Source of the DNA: Candidatus Rehaiarchaeum fermentans
GTDB taxonomy: Archaea; Nanobdellota; Nanobdellia; Parvarchaeales; Parvarchaeaceae
NCBI GenBank assembly: GCA_025920435.1
Contig: JAPDLT010000002.1
Coordinates: 199-64,198 of the forward strand
Length of the DNA stretch: 64,000 nt
Reading direction: 5' to 3'
Positions 15,999 through 25,239 of the stretch are shown one piece after another. The first letter of the stretch is position 1. Every line of letters starts with the position of its first letter. The notes below the pieces were generated by a model. The model ran no database searches, had not been told where the DNA came from, and worked only from the letters and a program-made list of their open reading frames with translations. The position numbers and the translations under genes are program-made.

Positions 15999-16532
15999 AT
16001 GGAAGGATGCATATTTTGTTCTATAGCGAAAGGAGAAGTTAATTCCTATAAGATATATGAGGATGGATTGATTTTAGGGGTTTTAGATATAAATCCTACT
16101 AGTTTAGGGCATTCCATCTTATTTACGAAAAAACATTATAACAATATATTTGAAATACCGCAAGAAGAATACTTACACTTAATGTCTATATCTCGAGCAA
16201 TAGCTTTTGCAATAGAAAAAAGATTCAAGGTAGAAAATGTGGACATTCTATATTCTAAAGAAATAAACAAAGGAGTAATAATACCTCATGCAATAGTTTT
16301 TTTAATACCCAGATATAAGGATGATAAAATTCAATATTATCTTCCAAAAGATGAAAAAATAGATCTAAATGATGTTAAAAACCAAATAATGAATGAAATA
16401 GAAATTATAAAAGGTGGGGAAAATCAACAAAGAGAAGAAACTAAAAAAATAGAAACTAAAACAAGTAACAACACTAATAATGAATCTGATAAAATAATAT
16501 TACCAGAAAAAAAGAAAAAAGCTATTGCTTAA
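15999..16532 (+). CDS. HIT-family protein with degenerate histidine triad and Lys/Asn-rich tail
   Basis: N-terminal CIFCSIAKGE and LGHSILFTKKHY are HIT-like. Where HxHxHxx is expected the sequence is PHAIVFLIPR, with only the first His retained. Confidence 0.7.
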   Translation: MEGCIFCSIAKGEVNSYKIYEDGLILGVLDINPTSLGHSILFTKKHYNNIFEIPQEEYLHLMSISRAIAFAIEKRFKVENVDILYSKEINKGVIIPHAIVFLIPRYKDDKIQYYLPKDEKIDLNDVKNQIMNEIEIIKGGENQQREETKKIETKTSNNTNNESDKIILPEKKKKAIA

Positions 16533-17004
16533 ATTGCTTTTTTAGTTCTTCTAAATCGTTTTTAGTTATATCGAAATATTGAAAGAAATAATCAGTTAGT
16601 TTTACAATAACTCTATTATTCTCCTTTCTTTTTAATACAAAACCTAGCTTAGCTAGTTTTGAAACATGCTGCCTCGCAATACTTCCTCTTATCTTAACTA
16701 AGTCATTTAAGGAGACTGGAGAATATATAGCTATAGCACTAAGCGTCATTGATAAACCTTTGCCTAACTCACTTCTTCCTTCAAGCAAATTTGAATATTT
16801 AGATTTAACCTTAAATTTATATAAGTTACCTTCCTCTACGAGCTCTATGCTAGAATTGTTTACATTGTATTTATTCATTAATTTTTTAATGTTCAACTTT
16901 ACTAACTCTTCGGGTATTTTTAATCGTTTAGCTATTTCTTCCGCAGAAATGCCATTAGAAGATGAAAATATCAATGCTTCTATTTCTGGCAATATTTCTT
17001 TCAT
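16522..17004 (-). CDS. scpB: segregation and condensation protein B
   Basis: 160 aa. EIEALIFSSSNGISAEEIAKRL and tandem wHTH organisation are present. It lies downstream of scpA with a 4-nt overlap. Confidence 0.75.
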   Translation of the reverse strand: MKEILPEIEALIFSSSNGISAEEIAKRLKIPEELVKLNIKKLMNKYNVNNSSIELVEEGNLYKFKVKSKYSNLLEGRSELGKGLSMTLSAIAIYSPVSLNDLVKIRGSIARQHVSKLAKLGFVLKRKENNRVIVKLTDYFFQYFDITKNDLEELKKQFKQ

Positions 17005-17657
17005 AGGGATTTATTTGATATAATAATATCTCCCATTGGGTTTTCTTGATATAGATCTATTTTTCTATTTGAAAACAAAAACGTTGCTGAAATAAAATAA
17101 TCAACTATTTCGTTCCAAGATTTACCTTTAGTAATATCAAAGAAATTAACTTGTGGAGAAGAAGAAAAAAGAGATTTAAGCAATTTAGAAAAAGCATCAA
17201 TTTTTTGTGATAGTTTTATTTCGTTAAGCTTAATTTCGAAAGAAATTTCTTCATTTTCTTTTTTCAGAGATACTGCTCTCTTAATATATTGGATTAATTC
17301 ATTAAGAGTAAGTGCTCTCTTTCTTATTATATTAAACTTGGCCGGCAATATTATTGGGAAAGGCTTACTCTTAACATAGTTATAAGTCTTAGTTTGTACA
17401 TTTCTTTTGCCCAATAAATAACTTAACAAATATTGAGACTTTAATCTTAAAAGAATAGATGCTATAAATATAAATTTCCCTGCCTTGTAAAAGTCTACTT
17501 TTACTAAGTAATTAGTTATTTGTAAAAATTTATCACTTAAAAGAGAAATATCTATATCTAACGGATTAATATTTTCCTCTCTTATTATTTCTGAAATTAG
17601 ATATTCCCATTCAAGTTTATCTTCAATAATTAGCGAGTATAATTCCTCGTAATTCAT
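17001..17657 (-). CDS. scpA: segregation and condensation protein A (kleisin)
   Basis: 218 aa. The N-terminal NPLDIDISLLSDKFLQ region and C-terminal winged-helix-like part are present. Operon partner of scpB. Confidence 0.7.
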   Translation of the reverse strand: MNYEELYSLIIEDKLEWEYLISEIIREENINPLDIDISLLSDKFLQITNYLVKVDFYKAGKFIFIASILLRLKSQYLLSYLLGKRNVQTKTYNYVKSKPFPIILPAKFNIIRKRALTLNELIQYIKRAVSLKKENEEISFEIKLNEIKLSQKIDAFSKLLKSLFSSSPQVNFFDITKGKSWNEIVDYFISATFLFSNRKIDLYQENPMGDIIISNKSL

Positions 17658-19963
17658 CCAAAGTATTTTTCTTCTTTTTTAACTATTTCTCTACTTTTGT
17701 AAAATCTTTCTGCTTGCTTAATATAGTAATCTACTTGGTCCTTAGTTAGACTTGGCTTTACTAATTCCAAAGCAGCCTCAAAGTCTTCCTTCTTCACTTC
17801 TATTTTTTCTTCACCATTGTTTATTTTCTCTATTGAATCTATATTTCTCCTCAATGCTATAAGTGCAGCGTACTTAGCTAACTTTTCTATATCGGCGCCA
17901 ACGAATCCTTCAGTCCTTGCAGCCAACATTTCTATCATATTTTCCTTATCCGCTACCGGCATTTTGCTAAGATAAACTCTAAGTATGCTCTTTCTTTCTT
18001 CAAGAGAAGGCGGAGGGACAAAAACTATCTCATCGAAACGACCAGCTCTAAGTATAGCAGGATCTATTAATTCTATCCTGTTAGTTGCGGCAATGACTAT
18101 TACATTTTTGAGTGGTTCTAATCCATCTAACTCATTGAGTAATGCATTAACAACTTGTGATTCTACCCTGTTTTCTTCGCTTCCGTATCTACTTGCTGCT
18201 ATAGCATCTATTTCATCAATAAAAATAATAGAAGGAGCAACTCTCTTAGCTCTATCAAAAATTTCTCTTATGTTTCTTTCGCTTTCTCCTACATACTTGC
18301 TAAATATCTCGGGTCCTTTAACCAGTATAAAATTGTATTCAGTTTCTCCAGCTACTGCTCTAGCTAAAAGTGTTTTACCAGTACCGGGAGGACCATAAAG
18401 CAATACTCCTTTAGGAGCAGAAATACCTAGTTCTTTGAAAGCATTCGGATATTTAAGTGGCCATTCTACAACTTCAATAAGTCGTTGCTTAACTGCATCC
18501 AGGCCACCTATATCTTCCCATTTTACATTAGGCCTTTCAATCAAAACTTCACGCATTGCACTAGGTCTTACGAATCTTAAGGCCTCCTCAAAATCGCTCA
18601 TAGTTACATAAAGGTTTTCTAAAACGTTTCTAGGTATCTTTTCATCCTTTGAGATATTCAGTGCATCTATATTTCTTCTAATTGCATTCATTGCTGCTTC
18701 TTTTACAAGGGCTTCTAAATCCGCCCCTACAAATCCATGAGTAACCTTAGCTAAATATTCTAAATTAACTTCTTTATCTAACGGAACCTTCCTTGTATGT
18801 ATTTTAAGTATCTGAAGCCTTCCTTTTTCATCTGGTACTCCTATGTATATTTCCCTATCAAATCTACCCGGTCTTCTTAAAGCAGGATCAATTGCATTAG
18901 GTCTGTTGGTTGCAGCAATGACTATTACGTTACCTCTTCCTTTCAGTCCATCCATTAAAGTAAGTAATTGTGAAACTACTCTATGTTCTACTTCTCCTGT
19001 GCTTTCTTCTCTCTTAGGTGCTATAGCATCTATTTCATCAATAAAAATAATAGAAGGAGCATTTTTCTCCGCATTTTCAAATATTTCTCTTAGCCTTTTT
19101 TCTGCATCACCTACCCATTTACTGATTATTTCTGGTCCATTTATTGAAAAGAAAGAAGCTCCTGATTCGCTAGCTACTGCTCTAGCTAAAAGTGTTTTAC
19201 CGGTACCGGGAGGACCATAAAGCAATACTCCTTTAGGAGGCTCTATTCCTAATCTCATAAAAATCTCCGGATGCCTTAAAGGAATTTCTACCATTTCTCT
19301 TATCTTAGAAACTGCATCATCTAATCCACCTATATCTTCATAGCTTACTTGCCTTATCTTTGCTTCTTCTAAAACTTGCCTTGATTGAAGAGAAATATTG
19401 ATTTGAGTATTTTCTGTTATGTAAACATATCCTTTCGGTACAGTATTTATAACTAAGAATCTCAGCGTTTCTCCAAAGAAAGGAACCCCAAAATTAGAAA
19501 AAGACATAAAAATTGCATTAATGAAGTCATCATCAAAGGAAGAAGCAGTACGACCCACAGATATTTCGTCTCCCTTAGTAAGAGGTCTTCCTCTAAGTAA
19601 AGTTACTAAAAAATCACTCTCCTTTATATTAGAATGAGTTAGAGGCGCTAATGTAACTACTTCAGCTTCAGATATTTCCGAACTATCTAATTTTCTTATT
19701 ACAACATTTTCTCCTATGCTTACTCCTGCATTCTTCCTTATTGTAAAATCCATTCTTGCAATGTTTAGACTAGCATCTGTTATGTATCCTCTATCGGCTA
19801 TAGCTACTGTACTTTTTTGTCCTACTATCTCTACAAAGTCTCCTGGTTTAACACCTAATTTTTTTAATGCATCGCTTGGTATTTTGACTATTCCTCTGTC
19901 CCTTTCTTCCGGAAATGCTTCTGCAACTTTTAACACAACTTCAGGCTTTTCATCTTTGTTCAT
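17654..19963 (-). CDS. cdc48: CDC48/VCP-type AAA+ ATPase (two AAA domains)
   Basis: 769 aa. A CDC48 N-domain is followed by two copies of [20 protein letters not shown] / [13 protein letters not shown] / [16 protein letters not shown]. Confidence 0.95.
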   Translation of the reverse strand: MNKDEKPEVVLKVAEAFPEERDRGIVKIPSDALKKLGVKPGDFVEIVGQKSTVAIADRGYITDASLNIARMDFTIRKNAGVSIGENVVIRKLDSSEISEAEVVTLAPLTHSNIKESDFLVTLLRGRPLTKGDEISVGRTASSFDDDFINAIFMSFSNFGVPFFGETLRFLVINTVPKGYVYITENTQINISLQSRQVLEEAKIRQVSYEDIGGLDDAVSKIREMVEIPLRHPEIFMRLGIEPPKGVLLYGPPGTGKTLLARAVASESGASFFSINGPEIISKWVGDAEKRLREIFENAEKNAPSIIFIDEIDAIAPKREESTGEVEHRVVSQLLTLMDGLKGRGNVIVIAATNRPNAIDPALRRPGRFDREIYIGVPDEKGRLQILKIHTRKVPLDKEVNLEYLAKVTHGFVGADLEALVKEAAMNAIRRNIDALNISKDEKIPRNVLENLYVTMSDFEEALRFVRPSAMREVLIERPNVKWEDIGGLDAVKQRLIEVVEWPLKYPNAFKELGISAPKGVLLYGPPGTGKTLLARAVAGETEYNFILVKGPEIFSKYVGESERNIREIFDRAKRVAPSIIFIDEIDAIAASRYGSEENRVESQVVNALLNELDGLEPLKNVIVIAATNRIELIDPAILRAGRFDEIVFVPPPSLEERKSILRVYLSKMPVADKENMIEMLAARTEGFVGADIEKLAKYAALIALRRNIDSIEKINNGEEKIEVKKEDFEAALELVKPSLTKDQVDYYIKQAERFYKSREIVKKEEKYFG
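18197..18417. repeat. cdc48 D2-domain copy of intragenic near-identical nucleotide blocks
   Basis: 18197-18239 (43 nt) is identical to 19019-19061. 18351-18417 (67 nt) matches 19173-19239 with one mismatch. The offset is 822 nt, which is in frame. Confidence 0.9.
19019..19239. repeat. cdc48 D1-domain copy of intragenic near-identical nucleotide blocks
   Basis: Partner blocks of 18197-18239 and 18351-18417. They cover the Walker B ([11 protein letters not shown]) and Walker A ([18 protein letters not shown]) codons. Confidence 0.9.
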
Positions 19964-19994
19964 ATTATTTATTGTTTTTCAAATAGTTAAAATT

Positions 19995-20213
19995 TTAAAT
20001 GCTCCTCTTGTACTTTATTAACGCCTCTTCTACTTTTCCTTTTTTGTAAAGAAAAGTTATGTATCCTGCTATTTTGTTTCTAACTTTTTTCTCTTTAACA
20101 TACTGCTTCACGATTAGTTTGTTATTGTTAAAATTATTGTTAAATTTATCTTTGAACAAAGAAATTAATTTTAAAGCACCATTTCTTACTTCCTTAGTTC
20201 TAACTCTTCCCAT
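19995..20213 (-). CDS. rps17e: 30S ribosomal protein eS17
   Basis: 72 aa. MGRVRTKEVRN...VRNKIAGYITFL matches the S17e signature. Confidence 0.85.
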   Translation of the reverse strand: MGRVRTKEVRNGALKLISLFKDKFNNNFNNNKLIVKQYVKEKKVRNKIAGYITFLYKKGKVEEALIKYKRSI

Positions 20214-20272
20214 ATTCTATACTTAACAGTGTGTTTAATTAATATATAAAAAGAAATAAATTTAAAATTTAA

Positions 20273-20677
20273 ATGAAAAGCTCTGCCAGGAGCAGAAAAG
20301 TAACAAGAAATAAGAGTAACTTTAGTAGTACTCCGCTCACACTTATTATAGCGGGTTTTTTTGTTTCTCTGATAATATCTATAATGTTTATAATTTCGGC
20401 AAGTATATATGAAAATAACATTTCTAGAGTAAATTATTATGGAATAAGCGGATACACTCTAAACGAACTGGTGATTTTAAACTATATTTCAATAGTAACG
20501 GATTGTATTGGAATTCTACTTGCTATAATTTTATCTAAAAAACCAAGCAAATTAATACCAATGTTAATAATGTTATTAGGAATAATGACATTTCCTTCAG
20601 CAGGAGGATTATTAGCAGGAATAATTCTTGTGATGTTGGGCGGATATTTAGAATTAAGACAACTGTGGAGTTATTGA
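20273..20677 (+). CDS. membrane protein, unknown
   Basis: 134 aa with a basic N-terminus followed by about 4 TM helices. Confidence 0.45.
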   Translation: MKSSARSRKVTRNKSNFSSTPLTLIIAGFFVSLIISIMFIISASIYENNISRVNYYGISGYTLNELVILNYISIVTDCIGILLAIILSKKPSKLIPMLIMLLGIMTFPSAGGLLAGIILVMLGGYLELRQLWSY

Positions 20678-20685
20678 GTATAGAG

Positions 20686-20759
20686 AGCCAGAGGCGAGAT
20701 TCGAACTCGCGACCTTTTCCTTACCAAGGAAACGCTCTACCAGGCTGAGCTACTCTGGC
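20686..20759 (-). tRNA. tRNA-Thr(GGU)
   Basis: Reverse complement is GCCAGAG-TA-GCTC-AGCCTGGTA-GAGC-G-TTTCC-TTGGTAA-GGAAA-AGGTC-GCGAG-TTCGAAT-CTCGC-CTCTGGC-T. Confidence 0.9.
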
Positions 20760-20817
20760 TTAATAAATTAAGTAAAATCTCAGAATATTTATTTTATATG
20801 CTTCTATGAAAATCGAG

Positions 20818-20890
20818 TAGCCCTGCCCGGATTTGAACCGGGGTTTCCGGGTCCAAAGCCCGACGTGCTTGACCGCTACACCACAGGGCT
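20818..20890 (-). tRNA. tRNA-Gln(UUG)
   Basis: Reverse complement is AGCCCTG-TG-GTGT-AGCGGTCAA-GCAC-G-TCGGG-CTTTGGA-CCCGG-AAAC-CCCGG-TTCAAAT-CCGGG-CAGGGCT-A. The A1:U72 pair is as expected for archaeal tRNA-Gln. Confidence 0.85.
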
Positions 20891-20930
20891 TTACTTTCTA
20901 TAGCTTTAATACAAAAGCATAAAATTTAAA

Positions 20931-21257
20931 TTATTTAATAAAGGACTTAGGTAAAAACACAATTGATAAAAAAGGAAAAATAGCAGAAAATAATAATAAA
21001 AGTCTTTCTGATTCAGACCAATAAAAATTTGATCTTATTATGAAGAATAAAGCAGCTACTAGAAAGTAGGATAGTATAACTACATATGAAAAAATAAAAT
21101 AAAAAGGTAAAGTTAGCAAATAACTTAGAAAAACTAAAATTCCTAATCGCTTAATCTTATCTTTTTTAATTCTTACTAAAAATAGTATTAAAATAGCAAA
21201 TAATGAAAATAAAGAAACGCCAATTAAAAAATCGTTAATATTTTTTACTATTTTCAT
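20931..21257 (-). CDS. membrane protein, unknown
   Basis: 108 aa with 3-4 TM helices. Confidence 0.4.
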   Translation of the reverse strand: MKIVKNINDFLIGVSLFSLFAILILFLVRIKKDKIKRLGILVFLSYLLTLPFYFIFSYVVILSYFLVAALFFIIRSNFYWSESERLLLLFSAIFPFLSIVFLPKSFIK

Positions 21258-21288
21258 AAATTATATAGTTAAAAATATAATTTACATA

Positions 21289-22299
21289 ATGCTTGAAGAG
21301 CTAGGAATTTCTGTTTTAATTGCTTTTTTAATAACTCTAATTGTTGGAAATTATCTAAGAAAGATATTAGTTAGTGCTTCTATAACTGCAATAGATAGAA
21401 ATAAAAAAGAAGCACCTACTTTACCTGCAAGCGGGGGGCTGGTTCTATTAGTAGGTTTAACAGTAGGGATAAGTGCTTTCATATTTGAAAGTAGTATTGT
21501 AAAAAATGATGTGAATTTAATAAATCTAGCTCTGTTTTTGGCAGCAGCTAGTATAGCTACTTTTGTAGGATTTTTAGATGATGTAGTTACTAACAGAATA
21601 AGAAACCTGAAGAGAAAAATATCTAAACAATATTTGAATGGAGGCCTTTCCCAAAAAGAAAAACCAATTTGGAGCATAATTGCAATAATACCAATTCTCG
21701 CAATGAGTGTGCCTCCGGCCGGAACATTGTTTGGAATAAATATAAAGTTGCCCCTCTATATTTTTGTAATTCTTGAGGGACTAACTTTACTCTTCACTAC
21801 TAATGCAGTTAATATGCTAGAAGGGCTAAATGGATTAGCTCTTCAAACTTCTGGCGTTGCAATACTATTTCTTGTAATATATAGTATCATAACAAATAAT
21901 CCTACTGCATATGTAACTGGAATTTTAATAATAGTAACAATAGCAGGCTATCTTTACTATGGAGTTTACCCCGCGAAAATATTGCCTGGAGACAGTCTTA
22001 CTTATTTGCTAGGGATTTCTTTAGGAACAATGATATTTTTATCAAGAGGTTATACATTAGGATTAATTCTTTTAATACCGTGGATAATAGAATTTATTCT
22101 GAAAGCAAGGGCCAGATTTCATGCTCATTCCTTTGGAATTATTCAAAAAGATGGAACTCTTAAATCTTTCTATGGAAATAAAATATATTCGTTAACACAT
22201 GTTTTCTATCAAGGAAAGTTTAAAGAGTGGCAAATAACTGGTTTAATTACCTTAATAGAAATATTGCTAGGTTTAATAGGAATTTTATTAAGCGTTTAA
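21289..22299 (+). CDS. glycosyltransferase family 4, dolichyl-phosphate HexNAc-1-phosphate transferase (AglH/MraY/WecA-like)
   Basis: 336 aa, polytopic. VGFLDDVV and NAVNMLEGLNGLA are signature motifs of the MraY/WecA/GPT family. Confidence 0.8.
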   Translation: MLEELGISVLIAFLITLIVGNYLRKILVSASITAIDRNKKEAPTLPASGGLVLLVGLTVGISAFIFESSIVKNDVNLINLALFLAAASIATFVGFLDDVVTNRIRNLKRKISKQYLNGGLSQKEKPIWSIIAIIPILAMSVPPAGTLFGINIKLPLYIFVILEGLTLLFTTNAVNMLEGLNGLALQTSGVAILFLVIYSIITNNPTAYVTGILIIVTIAGYLYYGVYPAKILPGDSLTYLLGISLGTMIFLSRGYTLGLILLIPWIIEFILKARARFHAHSFGIIQKDGTLKSFYGNKIYSLTHVFYQGKFKEWQITGLITLIEILLGLIGILLSV

Positions 22300-22322
22300 A
22301 TTAAGCGATTTATCCATAAATT

Positions 22323-22796
22323 ATGGACCAATTGCCCATAACAAGTAAAAAATTTAGTTATACAGGAATAATAGATGTAAATGGCTTTCTACAAGTAGTT
22401 AAAAAGAATCTCGAAGCGAAAGGTTTTAGTGTAGAAGAAACAAAATTTGAACAATCAGGATCTGAAAATAAAAACTATAGCATAGAATGGAGTGCTACAA
22501 AACAACTTGATGATTATACGATGTATTCTCTAACAGTAAAAATAAATTTTTCAGATGTAAAAGATGCTACGGTTTTAAAAAATAATGTACCTACTCAAAC
22601 TAAGATAGGAAAAGTAGATTTATCAATAGATGCTAGCATGATGCTAGATTATCAAGAAAAATGGAGTGCGGGACTTTTGAAAATATTAAGGCCTCTATTC
22701 GACAGAATGAATAAAGAGTTAATAGAAAGTAGAAAGAAAAGTCTAGCAAATTCTGTGGATGAAATAGTAGGTGCTTTGAAATCTACTTACTCTTAA
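22323..22796 (+). CDS. hypothetical protein coupled to the NFACT gene
   Basis: 157 aa, soluble, no motif recognised. Its stop overlaps the ATG of the next gene (ATGA-type junction at 22796). Confidence 0.5.
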   Translation: MDQLPITSKKFSYTGIIDVNGFLQVVKKNLEAKGFSVEETKFEQSGSENKNYSIEWSATKQLDDYTMYSLTVKINFSDVKDATVLKNNVPTQTKIGKVDLSIDASMMLDYQEKWSAGLLKILRPLFDRMNKELIESRKKSLANSVDEIVGALKSTYS

Positions 22797-24469
22797 TGGA
22801 AATATTAGCTCCAGATTTACTAAAATTTGTAGAAAAAGAATTGCTTTGGATAATAGAAAGTAAAATAACGAAAGTAAAAAGCTCCAATATAGGATTAGAA
22901 TTAGATCTATTCTCTAAAGACGGTAGAAAATTTTTATATATAAATAATAGCTATCTTCTGTTTAGCAGATTAAGACTTGGGCTCAGCAAAGAAAGTGAAT
23001 TTAGCAATACAGTAGAAAAATACTTGAAAGAAATTAAGAATATAAAAGTTTTGGGCCTTAATAGAACGCTGCTTCTAGAATCAGAAAATTATAAATTAAT
23101 AGCTGAATTTTTCCCGCCAGGCAATATAATACTTACTGATAAAAACAACAAAATAATAAAAGCTACCTTAGAAAAAGATTTTGGTAGAAGAAAGATACTA
23201 GAAAATGAGTTTTATGAAATAGAAGAAATAAAGCCCTTACAAAATGAAGAGGAGATGAGAAAAGCGTTAGAAAATTCTAATAAATCCACTTTAGTAAAAA
23301 TGTTAGCTACAGATTTAAGATTGGGAGGAATCTACGCAGAAGAAATATGCAAAAGAGCAAAAATTGAAAAAAATAAGAAGCCGACTAAAGAAGATGCAGC
23401 AATACTTATTAAAACATATAAAGAATTATTAGAAGAGTATTTTCCTAATAAGAAAGACAATATAATAACTACAATAAAGACGGAAAATTGCGTACCTTAC
23501 TCTTCTTTTAACGAAGCTCTAATAAGTGAAGTAACTAAATCGCAAGAAAAACATATAAAAGATAATATAGAAGAAAGAATCAAAGATATTGAAGAAGAGA
23601 TCTCCTTTATAAATGAAAATTTAGATAAAATATATCTCGCTAAAGAAATAATAAAGTCAAAAAAACCTTTAGAAGAGAGAATAAAAAACATAGAAGAATT
23701 GGGATTCAAGTATAGCAATAATCAAATAGAGGCAAAAACAATAAAAATCCCTTTGAACACAGACATTAGAAATCTGCTAGATAAATTATATCATAACTTG
23801 AAAAGATTGAGAGCGGCAAAAAACAGAGAAAATTTAAGTATAGAATTAGAAAAACCAACTTTAATAGAAAGTAATGATTGGTATGGAAGATTTAGATATT
23901 CTTATACTAAAGACAATTCCTTATTATTTTGGGGCAAAGATCAGGAACAAAACGAATCGATAATTAAAAAATACCTTAAAAAAGATGATTATGTTTTTCA
24001 TGCTAATATATTAGGAGCTCCTTTTCTGATATTAAGAGGAGAACTTACAGAACAAAATAAAGAAGAAGCTGCTATATTAGCTGCAGCGTATTCTTCTTTC
24101 TGGAAGAACAGATTTTATGAGGGAGAAGTATTTTTATTTAGAGGAGAACAGATAACTAGAAGCCCTCCTTCTGGAGAATACTTAAAAAAAGGTGCTTTTT
24201 ACATTGTAGGCAAAAGAGAATTAATTAAGACACCAATATTTGTTTATATAGGCCTTTCTAAAAAAGAAAACATGCTATCTATATTGCCTTATGCGCACAA
24301 ACCGGAAACTTCCTATATTTTAATAGAACCCGATGCTGAAAGAAAAACTGACAGGATTCTTAAAATACTAGAGAAAAAAGCAAAAATTTTGATAGAAAAA
24401 GATAAAATAGATAAATTAATACCGCCTGGAGGATTCAGAATAAAAGAATTTAATTTAAAATTAAATTAA
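22796..24469 (+). CDS. NFACT-family protein (archaeal Rqc2/NEMF/FbpA homolog, ribosome quality control)
   Basis: 557 aa. An NFACT-N-like N-terminus and coiled-coil middle are followed by an NFACT-R/DUF814 region (WYGRFRYSYTKDNSLLFWGKDQEQNESII..DDYVFHANILGAPFLIL). Confidence 0.75.
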   Translation: MEILAPDLLKFVEKELLWIIESKITKVKSSNIGLELDLFSKDGRKFLYINNSYLLFSRLRLGLSKESEFSNTVEKYLKEIKNIKVLGLNRTLLLESENYKLIAEFFPPGNIILTDKNNKIIKATLEKDFGRRKILENEFYEIEEIKPLQNEEEMRKALENSNKSTLVKMLATDLRLGGIYAEEICKRAKIEKNKKPTKEDAAILIKTYKELLEEYFPNKKDNIITTIKTENCVPYSSFNEALISEVTKSQEKHIKDNIEERIKDIEEEISFINENLDKIYLAKEIIKSKKPLEERIKNIEELGFKYSNNQIEAKTIKIPLNTDIRNLLDKLYHNLKRLRAAKNRENLSIELEKPTLIESNDWYGRFRYSYTKDNSLLFWGKDQEQNESIIKKYLKKDDYVFHANILGAPFLILRGELTEQNKEEAAILAAAYSSFWKNRFYEGEVFLFRGEQITRSPPSGEYLKKGAFYIVGKRELIKTPIFVYIGLSKKENMLSILPYAHKPETSYILIEPDAERKTDRILKILEKKAKILIEKDKIDKLIPPGGFRIKEFNLKLN

Positions 24470-24724
24470 ATCCTCTTCAGCTATTACCACAAAATCACCT
24501 ACTGAAATAACTGCAGCGTAAGGCGCTAATAGATCTCCTTCTTCGTCCTTTTCTAGTCTTAATTCTCTAGCGTAAGGAGTTGGATCTTTTATTGAAAAGT
24601 ATACTATTTCTCCGCTCCTCGTATCATAAAGTAAATCTTTAACCATACCTATCTTCCTGCCACTTTTGCTAACAACCTGTTTCCCTACTATTTCTCTTGA
24701 CTCAAATCTGTCTTTGTTTTCCAT
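24461..24724 (-). CDS. PRC-barrel domain protein
   Basis: 87 aa. IVGKQVVSKSGRKIGMVKDLLYDTRSGEIVYFSI is typical of the PRC barrel. Confidence 0.7.
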   Translation of the reverse strand: MENKDRFESREIVGKQVVSKSGRKIGMVKDLLYDTRSGEIVYFSIKDPTPYARELRLEKDEEGDLLAPYAAVISVGDFVVIAEEDLI

Positions 24725-24738
24725 AACTACATAACAAA

Positions 24739-25239
24739 TTATATTCCTTTAAATATAAAAACATAATCATTAGATATTTCTTTACTGAGTAAGAGATATT
24801 TTGTTAATTCCTCAGGGATTCTTATATTCGAAGCTTTTAAAAAAGTCAGAATTACAAACTTGCCTAACCTAAGTAACTTATAAATAAAATTAATTCTATC
24901 TTTTTCTTCAATATCTTGTAAAACTGTTACAGAAGTTACAGCATCAAACTTTTTATTCATTTGAAAATCTTCTAATTTGCAATTGCATATGTCTTTTATG
25001 TTTTTAAGTTTTTTACTTTCTAAAATTTTAAGCATACCTCTAGATGGTTCTAACACAGTAAAACTGATATGAGGATTAAGCTCTTCGAGTAAACCTGTTC
25101 CTGCTCCTACATCCAATACTTCTTTAGCCTTTATTAAATTTAAAAAAGCTGATATAAATATCAATTTTTCTATTTGCTCCGCTTTATAAAGCTTTTCGTA
25201 GCTCTTGCTTATTGAATTATAATAATCAATTGAGTTCAT
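24739..25239 (-). CDS. class I SAM-dependent methyltransferase
   Basis: 166 aa. Motif I is VLDVGAGTGLL. It directly follows proS (start at 25239). Confidence 0.7.
   Translation of the reverse strand: MNSIDYYNSISKSYEKLYKAEQIEKLIFISAFLNLIKAKEVLDVGAGTGLLEELNPHISFTVLEPSRGMLKILESKKLKNIKDICNCKLEDFQMNKKFDAVTSVTVLQDIEEKDRINFIYKLLRLGKFVILTFLKASNIRIPEELTKYLLLSKEISNDYVFIFKGI

Noticed and set aside
17985-19220. Two + strand ORFs (137 and 125 aa) with similar sequences
   Set aside because: Both are antisense shadows of the two AAA domains of cdc48. Their mutual similarity merely reflects the D1/D2 repeat.
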